Origin: the human T2T-CHM13v2.0 reference genome, Homo sapiens
DNA: 64,000 bases
Assembly (NCBI RefSeq): GCF_009914755.1
Contig: NC_060937.1
Direction: 5' to 3' (one strand)
Under the pieces are notes generated by a model that was not told where the DNA came from, made no database searches, and saw only the letters and a program-made list of their open reading frames with translations. A program made the translations under genes and the position numbers. Positions 1-15,599 of this stretch are shown here, piece by piece; within the stretch, counting starts at the first letter, position 1; every line of letters begins with the position of its first letter.

Positions 1-690
1 AAATCAACAATATAAAGACAAGAACCTCCAGTGTTTAAATGGGTAAGGGATATGAACAGGAAATTTACAGAAGAGGAAACCCAAAAGACCAACAAGCATA
101 TTAAAAAGATGTCAAATCTGTTAGTAATTTGAGGAATACAAATTAAAACAATGAGATATTATTTTGTATCTCTTATACTGGCCAAAATTAGAAACCTGGA
201 TAATACTAACAGTTGATGGAGATAAGGACGTATAGAAACTGTCATGCATTGCTAGAGAGTGGGCACGGATGACTCACATTAAGTATGCACTCCCAGTTCT
301 ACTCCAGATTATAAATCCCAAAGAAATTCTCAGAAAGATCCAAAAGGGGCATTTATCACAGGCTTGTGTCATGGGGATTAGAGGTAGCCTGGTGTTTGTT
401 ACCAGGGGAGTTTTGTGCAGCCATGAGAAGCAATGGGCTAGTCACACAGTGACACAGGTAGATTTTTAAAATAATACTAAGTGAGAAAAGTAAGGAACAA
501 AATGAAATTTTTAACCCTATATATTTTTATAGTTCAAAAGTATATCCACAAAAGAATGAGTAATATTTTATAAGGGCACATGCAAACAAAAGGAGAAACA
601 TTAAATACATTATAGTTATTGCCCATGGTGGTGGAAGGAAATGAAAATAGGAGATGGAGATAAAAGAGAAAAAACACATTTTAAAAGCTC
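1..690 (+). mobile_element. Old L1 (L1M/L1ME-type) ORF2 end / 3' fragment
   Basis: Degenerate match to L1 'aaatgggcaaaggatatgaacag...cacagaagaggaa...aaaagatg...caaattaaaacaatgagat'. Confidence 0.65.
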
Positions 691-2388
691 AAATTATTGA
701 AAAGTCATCATTCCCACTACCACTCATGATTCCATTAGGTATTTTATTCAATAATGGTTTTACTCTAATAGAGATAATAGTAAATTTCATCAAACCTTTC
801 TTTAGTGGTATCTATAAGATATATTTGTAATGAATGCGCTTAGCTGATCATGTTGGTAAAATCTTCCTTTAAATTATTTATCTGATTCCATAACTAAATT
901 GAATTCCTGTGAATAGACTTGAGCAGTAGTTACTCAATAATGAACCTCTATTTACTCATTTTTTAAATCCCTTCATTTATTGCATCAGACACTGAAAATA
1001 TTACTAAATAATTAGACTGACATTTTTTCTTAATTGAATAGTTATAGAGAATTGACAAAATCATTTATACAAATTGACCAAACTAATATAGACATAATAC
1101 AGAATTTTAACCATCTCTTCTTTCAGACTCATTTCCTGTGTTCTACTCTGAACTGTTATTTCAAGATCGATGAGATAGACAATATAGAAATTCTGTTTGC
1201 CTTTAGTATGGAAACTGTTCTTTCATAAAATGTCATTGTTTACATTGCTGAATGAGAAACATCCACACTAATTGGTGTAGATGAAATACAAAAAATTTTG
1301 AAAGGAGTAAATCAGGAAAGGGATTGAAGGGAATAAATTACTAGTTAAATGTGATCACAGGAAAAGTTGAAAAGTATTATTTATAATATTTTATATACTT
1401 AAAAAATGAAAAGCAGTTTTTGGCAATCTTAATTCAAGAAATCATTTATTCATTAAGTGAATTCCAAATTGGTTTCAACACCATGGAAATCACAGAGAAT
1501 GACTTTGTTCACATATTTAGTGACCGCCGTAATTTAGAAAATTGTCTTACATGGCTCTGCAATAGCTGAAATTTACAAAGCTAGATGTACAGCTCTTTTC
1601 CATGTTGTTGAAATCAGTGTCCTCTTTAAATCACTAGGAAGTTGATGATAAATGACTGCAGTAAGTGAGAGGCGTAGTGAGCCATGCACCATCACTACTT
1701 ATTTCACGGACCTGAGCAAGACTCCCTACCTACCTGTCAAGACACCTCTAGGAAGCTTCTGATGGCTTCTTAGGAAATAAAAAGGCCTTTTTTTTTTCTT
1801 TTTTCTGTTTATGGAAACTTAGTATGGGCCTTGACTCTCAGTAATTTATATTTCTTTCCCATTAGCTAGCAAACATCCAAAATTGCCCAGTGATTCCCAA
1901 ACTGTGTAATAGCTGAGTTAATTCATAGTGGAAGAAAGATATTCCCTTCTAGTCATCTCAGAGGTAAGCTGGAGGACTTCAGGCAGGAAAATAAATGTAT
2001 ATCAGAGTTTCTCATAAAATTGCTTAATTTCAAACTAATATTTAAAAATGAGAAATGAAACTGTAACATGGTATTAAAAAAGGTAATTTAAATTATTTTT
2101 CTTTTAAACATGAGTGTGTTTTAATAAGAAATTTATTTATGTTAAATCATATTATGTACCTAATGGAGCCAAGAGAAAGTTTAGCATTTTAGAAAGGGAA
2201 AATTTTCATTTAGGTCTCTGTACTTTCATTTAGGTGTCTGTAAAATACTACTGAGGTAGTATTTTTCCATTTCTAGGAACTGAAGATCTGATACATATAA
2301 ATCAAGTACAGAAATTTAAAGAGCATATTCTCCTTTTTATATATATTTCAAAGTAAAAAAAAAATAAAAGGATATGAAGGTGTACTAA

Positions 2389-2652
<264 letters not shown>

Positions 2653-2990
2653 TGACATTTCATCTCTTTCTGTATAATTTTGTTTTCAACATAACTTCTT
2701 ACAAAACAGATTTCAGGTTCTTGACATATGTGGAAAAATTGAAAAGTCCCAAAACAAGTAATGCAACCAGTATGTGGTTCCTTTTTAAATTTCAGACACT
2801 TTAAATATACTTCTATATCTGTATATTTGTTTTTCTTACTTCAAAATTTACATTAAAATATGTAATGCTTTACGTATTTTAGTAATAAGTGAAACCTAGC
2901 TGAATATTTAAATAGGAATATTCCACATTAACATAATCTGCCACTGTGGCTATTCTTAAAAATAACTGCACAAGTGCTAGGATTACAGGT

Positions 2991-3275
2991 TCAGTGGCTC
3001 TTGCCTGTAATTCCAGCACTTTGGGAGGCCAAGGTGAGTGAATGGCTTGAGCCCAGGAGTTCGAGACCAGCCTGGCCAATATGCTGAAACCCCATCTCTA
3101 CAAAAAATACAAAAATTAGCAGGGTGTGGTGGCGCAGCTGTGTGGTCCCAGCTACTGTGGGGGCTGAGGTGAGAAGATCACTTGAACCCAGGAGGCAGAG
3201 GTTGCCATGAGCCAAGATTGCACCACTGCACTCCAGCCTGGGTGACAGAGCGAGACCCTATCTCAAAAAAATAAT
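2991..3275 (+). mobile_element. Alu (S/J) with rearranged 5' end
   Basis: Dimeric Alu consensus with A-tail; first bases replaced by an inverted Alu segment. Confidence 0.93.
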
Positions 3276-5205
3276 AAATATAAATAAAAGGAATATTTCT
3301 ACCTTTTAGACAGAATACTCAAAAACATGCATGAATGAAATAGATGCAGTTATGCTATTTTATTCTTATGTGTTTTCAATCTGAAATGTTTATAGCTAAC
3401 AGTTGGGAATTATGTGCTGTAGTATGTATATAGTATTTTTAGTGAAAATATTCATATAAAATATTACTTAAATCATTTCTACATTGCACAAAATGATTTC
3501 AGATAAGTGGAAAGAGTGAAGATGCAACAGCTGCTACATAAGTGTTGCTTCAAGGAAGTGATATCCCAGTCTTCCATTCTACCAGATATCTGCCATCTGT
3601 CGTATGCAAAACAAGTAATCATTTCTGCATCTCCAGCCAGTGGAATGCTTTTCTTATTTTTTATTTTAAAGGTGGAAAACTTGGAGATGGGCGCAATGAA
3701 GCTCTACAGAAAAATTTGCATTCATAAGTTTATTTCTTATATACCTCTATAAAATTAAAATGACTCCATTTGTATGGTTCAAGCAAAGAAGAGGAAAAGG
3801 AAGGGAAGAGCCTCATAATCATTGATCCTTGGACCCTTAGGGCAAAATATTCTGAGAACACGTTGCAAGCGTATTATTAGGGGCAATATTGTACCATATT
3901 GTGTGCACACAAGATAAAATTATTGCCTGAAGCCAAGAGAAAAACATAGAGACAGAATGAATGAATGAGAGAGAAGGCAGGTGTTATGAAATGGCTGGTG
4001 AAATAAGGAATTTTCTCTACAAATCATTACACTCACCCAACTGAGTATCCCCAGTTGTGTATAAATTGTAATCAGATTATTTGGTAGGAGATAATTCTGA
4101 GCTTAATTAGTCTCAACTGTACACCCTTGCTTATTACATGCCTGTTTTATTAAATACTTTATAAACTATTCTTTTAAGGCTAATACCTTTTAGAATCAGA
4201 AAAAAAGAAAACAGTTGTAATAGTTCATCCTTATATTCTAAGATCAACTGAATTGTCTTTTGACTTCTAAATGTCATAGGCATTTTTGCTTTTGGATATT
4301 TTGTTATACATTTTTACCCATTATAATAAAGTCCTGTTCTTATAAAGAAAGTTGCAAGTTAATCCTGTTGGGCAAAACAAATTAAATACATTAAACACAA
4401 AATAAAATAAATTAAATAAATTAAATACAAAATAAAATACATTAAGCATCTTATATGTGATGAAAGTGCAAGGCAGCATTAAAATTGACAGAAAAATAGC
4501 AGGTTTGTCCAATTTAAATGAGGGTTTAAAAAGAGATAACTGAAAGAATTTGAAAATGAAATTAAAATGGAAATTTTCTTTACATGGATACAGTGTTCAT
4601 TATTTGAATCTTATCAAAATACCTGTTTCTACAAAATAACATCATTGCTTTGGACAGTGAAAGAATTGTGTATAAGGCTTTGTTAATGTAGAACTTCTTA
4701 ATGAAACATTACATAGAAATGTAAAATTTAAAATGTAAAAATTAAAAATTAAAAATTGTCTTCTGTTGAATGGGAATGATTCAAGCATATGTTGGCATAT
4801 TATATAGATGGTCTGAACAATATCTTGTATTACAGCTTCATGACCTTCTAGTGATGCAGACTCTCTGCTACTAGGGTGCCTCAGCTCAGGACTCTGTCTC
4901 CTTTCAGCATGCTCATTCGAAGCACATAATTGCCAGACACTCAGGTTTCATTAGAGAGACCCAGAGTCATACTGTGAAATGTTATGTTCTTTCTCCCCAG
5001 ACCCCTTGCCCACTTCCTCAACCCTATAATTCTGTGTCAGTTCTTAGAACACGATACATGTGAAGGAGCGCATACCTGGAATACTCTTACTTCCCTTCCC
5101 CCAGCCCCCAGAGGCCTGAGCACACATCAGCAGAGAGGTTTACCATGACCCTGTGGACCTGTGTGGACTCAAGATTGCTTAGGAAGAGCCTCTATCTCCT
5201 TGTGA

Positions 5206-5217
5206 CCACTAGGGGGC
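5206..5217 (+). promoter_or_regulatory. Candidate CTCF site
   Basis: CCACTAGGGGGC matches the core CCASYAGRKGGC exactly. Confidence 0.5.
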
Positions 5218-6654
5218 CATTTAGTACAGTGTAGACATAACAGATTAAATGATTTCAAGGAATGCTAGTTAATTTCCCCTTTCCCACTTCCCACCATTCC
5301 CCCCTCTAACATATTCCCATTGCTGTTAATGCCAGTTAGCCAAGTAGAAGCTAACAGATTCCCACAAAGACAGTTCTGCACTAACATTTAAGAATGTGAG
5401 GAATAGTGTCCTCCAAAGGACGAGAGCCCACCTGAATCCTGTGAGCTGGGTAAGTGAGGCCGAGTCATTCAATCTCACTTTACCTCAGTTGCTCTCTCTG
5501 TAAATACATCTATTGTTATAAGAAAGAACCCAGATAAAATGGAGTGAAGTACAGCATATTCATTATTTAGTGGTCATTTATGCACCCTTACCTATATACA
5601 ACCCCTATGAGTAGACCATGTGGGAGGCACAATACCTTTTTTTAAAACATTCTTGTTGAGTTCCTGGAGGTCTTGTACTGCTGTGTTGCGACTTGAGAGA
5701 GTTGATTCCCACCTAAGTGGTTGGACACAGACTCTTGGAAAAAGCAGAGTTTAAGATATTAACCCTTTTATTGAGCTCAATACATTTATTTTATTTGATA
5801 ATGTTTATCTTAGTATTTTTAAAATACAAAGATTGTACATTTCATATAGATAAAACCAAAGGAAGGCTAATTATGGCTACACTAAACTCCATCTAGCCTA
5901 AGATGGATTTTTTCATGCTTAAATTAAACACTAATTTAAAAAGAGAAATATTTAATATATGAATATCTATATATGTCTCCTTTGTAAAAAAAAAAAAAAA
6001 AAAAAAAAATTCTACTACTTGCCTATAACTTTGAGTTTTGAAGTTAGTGCTAAAGTTTGAGAAATGGCTTAAGGTTATTGATTCATTCTTTCTTGACAGG
6101 TGAAATCATGAAGCAGCACTAACCACAGCAATTATGGCATTAAAATGTCAAGAAATTAGAGGTCAGAATAACAGATAATTTTCTTCTCTATGTCAGATTG
6201 AAAATTGACATTCTTTGACAGTTTAGGAACTCTGGCTGAGAAAATTATGACAGCTTAACTTATTTTATACTTGTAAAGCAGTAATTGATAATAAACTTTA
6301 TCATGACAGCCTCTGGGCAGAAACATGACAGTACAGTTCTGGTACAAAGCTCTTCTTAATATGTAAACACTAGATCTGTTGGATAGTAGATATTATTTAA
6401 ATTGTCTAAAGTCTTGGCTTACATCGTAATCTTCTATGCACTTTTTTTCATAGATGAGCTGTACTATTTGAGCAGTTTTTCAAGCATTATAAAGAATATT
6501 TTTTCTTATCGGTTTTTATATATTAATAAAAAGTATATGATCTGATTTATATTTTTACTTACTAAATGATGACCAAGAAACTTCATCCTATGACCTGCTT
6601 AGGAAAGAGAATATTCTGGTTGGTAATCATTTAGTCCCATGGTTTTCTAACACC

Positions 6655-6806
6655 TTGATGCTCAAATGTGGCCCATAACCCAGCAGAATCAGCATCACCT
6701 GGGAACTTGCTAGAACTTCAGCCTCTCAGCCTTCCCCAACCTACTAAATACATGTAATGAGATCCCTAGGCAACTTGTTTGAGACATTAACTTTTAAGAA
6801 GCACTG
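6655..6806. mobile_element. MER5A-like hAT DNA transposon remnant
   Basis: 'cagcagaatcagcatcacctgggaacttgctagaa...tttaagaagcactg' resembles MER5A. Confidence 0.7.
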
Positions 6807-6956
6807 CTCTACTAAAGGTGTGTTAGAATCATTTGGAAAGCTTTTTTTTTTTCCCCTACAAAAGTACAGAGAATGGTATAATGAACCTCCATGTACCTAT
6901 CACCCAATTTCAAAAATTTAAAACCATTTCATCAAAACCTCACCCCTCCCCTTGTA

Positions 6957-7241
6957 TTTTTTTTCTTTCTTTCAGAGACAGTCTCACTCTGTCACCAAGG
7001 CTGAAGTGCAGCGGCTTACTGCACCCCACCTCCCAGGTTCAAGCAATTCTCCCACCTCAGCCTCCCAAGTAACTGAGATTATAGACACCCACAACCGCAC
7101 CTGGCTAATTTTTGTATTTTTAGTAGAGACAGGGTTTCACCATGTTGGCCAGGATGGTCTTGAACTCCTGACCTCAGGTGATCTGCCTGCCTCAGCCTAC
7201 AAAAGTGCTGGGATTACAGGCATGAGCCACTGTGCACGGCC
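6957..7241 (-). mobile_element. AluS
   Basis: Reverse-complement Alu consensus. Confidence 0.93.
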
Positions 7242-7445
7242 CCCCTGTACTATTTTTAATACACATGTCATACCCATCTAACTCCCCATCCACTCTATCC
7301 TCCCCATCACATGGGCATCTCAGAATATCCAGGGAAAGGCTTCAATGAAGCAAGTCTTATTTTGAAAAAAAAAAAAAAAAATTATCTGGGAATTTCACAC
7401 ACATTCCCAATTAAAAACCATTAATCTAGCTAACACTCTCATTAA

Positions 7446-7855
<410 letters not shown>

Positions 7856-8410
7856 TCAGAGTATGATTATATTGTATGCCATAGGCAACAAAAATGGATA
7901 GAAAGATGGGAATGATATTATAAGTTGTATCACAGCTCAACCATTAGTATTTGAGTGACATTAAGTCAGTCACTTGAATTTTATGTACCTGTATTTTCTC
8001 ACCTAAAAAATTGATGACAGAGATGATACCTAATTCATGGGAGAAAAATATGTGAAAATACTTAAACTATAAAGCACTACACAGGCATTATTACCTAAAG
8101 GCATAATTAAATGAAGTTATCTTAGAAGAACTTTTGTTTTAATAATTTCATTATATATGACACCAAAACTATCAATTTAATTTTAAAAAATCTGTTAGCA
8201 ACAGAGAAAATAAGTTAATTTGTTTTTAATATTATTTAGTAAAAAGAAGCAGTTGTGGCTTTTAAATTTATTTTCAATACTGTCTCCAAAATTTTATAAA
8301 GATGGCCTAATTGCAGCCCACTTATTGCCTGTAACATTCTTTCTTGATCTAAATTAGTATTAGCATTTATATCCTTTATTATCCTTTATATTTTTAAAAG
8401 TTTTACATTA

Positions 8411-8704
<294 letters not shown>

Positions 8705-11499
8705 TTAGTGTCATTAGTTTTGTATTCATATTATCAAATGAATTAGCAACACTATTACTGGCATTAAAGTTGTACTGGTTCAGCAAGAGAAAAAAATTGA
8801 GTCAGTATTTCAACAGAAGCTGTAAGCATATACCAGACAAGTTATTAACAAGATACTAAGTTCTGAACTTGTCATAATACTTGTCATCATTCTATAGTTG
8901 ACGTTGCCAGACTGAAAATGATTTCAATGGCTTCTTTTTAACGGTGAGAGGTATGCACATAAGTCTATCATAAAAGGCTGTTTTGCTGGCAGCTATTAGA
9001 ACATGTGAGCCATTGCAATATTTATTTATAGATATACACATTTATTTATGCTGGAAATATTAAAATATTAAGTAGTTTTTAATATTACCAACAGTCATAA
9101 AAATGTGGCATTTTTAGTCTAATTTTCTGTTAATATTTCTTGGCTTTCTTAGCTTATAGTTTCTTTTTCTATCTTTTTCTCAATCTGACAGGGATAACAC
9201 TGCCTCCCTTTGGATCGGCTATGGTGAAAATATGCCCATAGGAAGTAGGCTAGATTACTTCAGTTTTTACTTTATTTTCTTGCTGAAATATTCCTTGCTA
9301 CTACAGAGAATTGACATGATAGGGCTGTCAAGAACCAGAAGATAGATGTGTCTTTAACCAAAACAGCTGCAATGCTGGCTTTTCTGAGAAGATGAATTCA
9401 TAAAATTTATAAGACAAAAAATTAACACACTTTTTCATCCTGATGATGTAAATGAAGGGTAATTTAAGGGCCCATAATGACAACATTGAGGACCTCTACA
9501 ATCATTGTCTTCCTTGAATTCTTTCTATTATTCTTTATTCTTTCTATGAATCCTTTATTCCTCAGCCTTTCCTCCCCCCATTTCTGATTCTCTTTGATAT
9601 GACAAGGAATATCAACACCACCTGCCCGATCTGCGTGAATGAGTTGTAGCACAAGGTTATCCATTTACAACTGCCATGATGCCTAATTGTCTTCATATGG
9701 GGGATATCCAGGGTTCTTCTCCTGGGCAGTTATTCTGAGAAGTGATTGCAACAAATGATCACAAAGTGGGTGATTAAGATTTCTTAAAACCATCTTAATT
9801 TCCCCCTATAATTACTGCATGTTTTACTGGGATGAAAATTTTAACAGATTCAAAAGCCAAATTAAAATGGAAAGAAAACCCCTACATTTTAATTAGTGGA
9901 GTGAAAATACGTATTTGGTGTTCTTTAAAGCTAAAGGATCATTTTGGGAACATGAAAAATACCATGATTCCTAAAACTAATAAGGATATAGGTTCAAATA
10001 TATTTGTTATGTGTTTCTCACTGCAAAGGTTTTCATTGAGAGCCATAAGGCTTGCATTGCAAAGGTTTGATGAATAAGGTTTTAATATAGAAATTAGTAT
10101 CAAGGAAATTAATGACACACATTTAATTTTGATTAGTGAATAAATCTTTAATTTAGGTCTATCTTACCTGCTCATAATTACTGCAGTACTTCACTAGGCC
10201 ATGGTCATCAATCGTCCACTAGAAAAGCATAAATAATGCAGCTAGTCAAAGTTGGATGTATGTCATTTATGTGACTTGTGCTTCTTTCTTCGCTTTGTGT
10301 TATTTTTATTGTGTGGTGTTGAGAAGTGCTAATTATTGATTTTCAGAAATTAACAGCAAGTACTTTCACAAGCATCTAAAGCCATATTTTACTCAAGGGA
10401 AGAAGGGTGAAAATTGCAGCCTGCTGTTTATAATAGAAATAGCTGGAAGGGATTTCCTTATCTTCTATTAACATAGATTTCACTTCTATAACACAGTTGT
10501 TACCTCAGCATAAATTAACAATTATTCAAAACATATTGCATACTTCAATTTGTTGAAATAGATATTACTCAATCTAAGTACCTAGACATTTCAGTTAGAT
10601 ATTTAGAACTCATTTTTAAACATTTTAAACATATTGATAATGAGCCTATTTAAAGCCATTTGAAGTCTCAGTACAGTATATCTAAATTACTGTTGCCCAT
10701 TTATGTCAAAATCAAGAATATTTTGTTCTGCTGAATACGTCCAATAATACTTTATTCTCACTTTAGTATACTAAAAGTATATGATTTCAATTTGGAATAT
10801 TTATACCAGCACCTGGTAAACCTGTGTCTCAATGTCATTCCACATACCAAACAAATCTATTTCAGCTTTTTAAAAAAATATTTTCCCATGATTAAACACT
10901 TCTAGTGAACTTATAAAGGCCACCACTTCTCTCTCGTTCCTGCTCCTACACCACCACCTCCCCCTCAACTTGTTTTCCTCCTCCTTCACCTCCTGAATCA
11001 GCCAGCATAGAGTTTAGTTTATATAAACTTATTCAACCAGGGAAAATTTGGCAGGGATGTCATACTGATTGTTCTCACCTGTGGTAAAGGATTTGTGGAT
11101 TGAGTCCTCTACTTAGGTACCATTTAATGATTAACCCCAAAGTGGGCAAAGAACCAGAAACCTGGAAGAATCCTTAAGCGATCATCTGCTAAAATCTTCG
11201 CTTCCAGGTAGGCGAATCCCTAAGTCATCTAGAAAAGAGTATTTCAGTTCTCTTCCTGAGTATCAACAAATATTTATTGCAATGAGACTCTACAGCCTTT
11301 CCTATCTGCTTACAATGTTTATCTCTGAAATATTTAAAATCCTCAGTGAAAATGCCCCTTGCTTGGATATAATCTTTTTTTGGTCATTCCTACCCCAACA
11401 TGTAGCAAAAGGTAACCAGCATTTCTCTCATTTGTTGTGCCTGAATAACAATCCTATTTGTATCAGTCAGGATCTCAGCACATTACCTTTCAAAGCGAT

Positions 11500-12640
<1,141 letters not shown>

Positions 12641-15599
12641 GGATAATGAAGAGAGTTTAATAATGGTTCTATTTACAAAGGTATAGACATGGTAAAGTGG
12701 ATGAACAAGGGAAAGCGACAAGGAAAGGGAGCCATTCCCAGAATCTGGCAATAAAAGTGCTCACCCAACAAGAGCTGTGGCCTTAGGTAGAGGAGTACTG
12801 GCCAGGCACTGCCAAAACGGGACTTGGCAGAGAGGGGCCATATAATCCTGTCTCTGCTCCTGAGCTCTGTCATTGGCTGAACCCACTGGGAAGGTAGAGA
12901 GCAAGGGAGCACAGGTCTATGGAGGCGCATCTTCCAGAGCCAAAGAAGGTGTCCAGCTCACTGGTCTGTTCCCCCTGGGTTGTTCATTTCTCTAGGCCAA
13001 GAAGACTTATTTAAGGCTTCCAGGCTTGCTCAGCCACAATCAGCTACATTAAAATGCACTCACTCTTCCTACCTGAGTTGACTTATACTTATTTTAAGTG
13101 GAGAAATTGAGTGAGCTTGTCATTGATGGCACTGATCTGATTTGGACAGAAAATATTCTGGATGGAGCATTTTCTCTCCGGAGGAAATGATGCTTACTTT
13201 TTCACATTCATTTGTTAAGTCAGTTATGTAATATCACCATTATAATTCAACATGCCAAGGAGGAAACAGGGATCAGCAAGAGGATAAGTCACATCTTAAT
13301 TCTACTTAGATTTACGCTAAAAGAAAGAAACCAAGAATTAAGGCAGGTAACTGGACAAATCAGAATCTCTCTCTCAAATATTGTCTAAGTGCATCTACTA
13401 ATTAAGGCAATTGTGGTCCCTTTTTACTCGGATTACCAAATATTTGCTTAAATATTCTAATAATTTTGCCAGGATAATTTTAGCCTTAATGCAGTTGAAG
13501 GTTAAAACAAAAGGAAAAATATTTATTCTCCTATTTTGTGGTTTCTATGAAAAACTAGAAGCAGTTGAATATAAAATAGCATTTTAATTTTTTATATAGT
13601 TTAATATTTATAAAGCAAGAAACAACAAAGTGCAGATATTATTTGCTTGATTTATTTTGCTCCTGTTTTTCCAGCATTAAAAAGTAATGCTTTATATGAT
13701 CTTGTTTTATTACAACAATAAACCAGAAGCAAAAGCTTATCAGTTAAAATGTAGTCTGCCATTAAGTAACCTTTCCTTTTATCATTTCAGACTTAAAATT
13801 CCATTGTTTTTGTTTATTTTTTTCCTATTTGGCATTGGTAGAATTGCAGGTGGAACAGAAAGATGATATCAATCACATGTATTTTTTTATTTTGTGTCAA
13901 GCTTGTATTTTTTGGTTTAAAAAAGAGCACTTTTAAGTATTAAAAGCCTTGTAAGTAAGAGCTATACAGTGAGATAAACAAAATGCTAAGGAAACTTTGA
14001 AAATCTTTTTCTGTTTTCTCAAGCAACCACTTTTACTACTTTTTTCTTGAATTTTCTGAAAATTGTTAGTGAATTTACTGGTATTTGGACGTAGTTTGAT
14101 ATTTTGCATTGTGGGTACCATAACCTATAGTACTTTATAAAATGCTGATTTTTCTGAAAAACAATTTAAAAGTTTATACAGACCAGGGAGATGGATGAAT
14201 AGGTCATTTGAGAGCCTGTATTATTAGCTCCTTCATGCTGTTTGTCATGGCTCTGTAGACCTGACGGCATTTCATCTGAAAGATAATACTGAATTACATT
14301 TACCAAAAAAAAAAAAAAAAAAAGCAGTTGTAATCATTCTATGGAGAAAAATGTAAATGGGTTAAATCTACCTGCAATGTGGAAAAGACAAGATTAACGA
14401 AAGTTTTTGCCTACCACACACCAGAGAAGGTATGGCTTCTGAATTCTGGCTTACTTGGTTGCCACATTTAATTTTACCTTAGTAGGAAGTCTTTTATATG
14501 AATAAGCAAATGTGCAACACATAAGCACACATTATATTTATCGATTTCCTTTTCTGAGGATTCAATTCCAGGTATGTATCTTTATTCATAGAGGAGGTAG
14601 AACTTCCTTGGAAGGAAAGCCAAAAAGGAAAGAAAACAATTAAGAGATACGGAGGTCAAAGAAAGAAGGCATGTGTCACATCATAGCTAACACACATGCC
14701 CCTTTGTGCACACTTTAGAGGACACCTTCTCTAAATGGATGAATTACAAAAGGCACTCCTTTCTCTGGCTCTCCAGGTAGATTCTATTACTTATTTGCCT
14801 TCCAACTGGGCATCTTTGTACAGGGCATAAACAGCATACCCATGCACGGTGGCCCTGACCTATGAGAAAGAAGAAAGACTCAAGAGAACTTGTTAAGTAA
14901 GGAAAAAGGGGACTCCCATGAAGATGTCATAATTTCGTAACTTAGTAGGTGGGTCCTGCAGAATTGTATAAAGGAGAGCCTCATCAGACTAAGGAATGGG
15001 ATAATCAGGAAGTAGGGAGGGGACAAAAGAGAAAGTGTCCCTAATCGAAACTTTTCCTTAATGGGAGCTCTATATACAGATAAGCAGGTAAAACTGAGTT
15101 ATGTGTCATATATGTGTTTGTAACCTGAAAATCATTTATGCTGTTCAGATTTTCTTATTTTGTTCATTTGTGCATAACTCACTTCACATTTATCTTTACT
15201 TCTCTGCCTATACCTACAAAATTCCATGTTTTAGAACTTCCTCAAGGTGTTCAACCTACCTATTTCTCGGTGAGTCTTAGCTGGAGAGAAAAATAAATGC
15301 TAAGTGCATGATGTCAGTTCAATAAATATTCAGCAAACAATTTTATAATCAGTAAGAATCCATATAACAATTAAAATTTAACACTCTTTAACTTAATTTT
15401 CATTTCTACTTTAACAATTCCAGGTAAAGAAATAATTATTATAATTATTTTATGAGACAATTGAGTTTTGATATATACAAGTTTTATTAATAAGTTATCA
15501 GTACCCTAAAAGATTACATAATGTAAATCATTACTTTATTTACAGCTTCGACCATTACATTTTGGGTTCACAAATACTTACAGAAAATAAATACACAAA

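Noticed and set aside
2242-2265. Perfect 10-bp hairpin AAAATACTAC-tgag-GTAGTATTTT containing TGAGGTAGTA, the first 10 nt of let-7
   Set aside because: Match stops at 10 nt, the stem is far too short for a pre-miRNA and the seed sits in the loop; most likely chance
4370-4445. AT-rich repeated units (aaattaaatacattaaa...)
   Set aside because: Ordinary low-complexity slippage with no further structure
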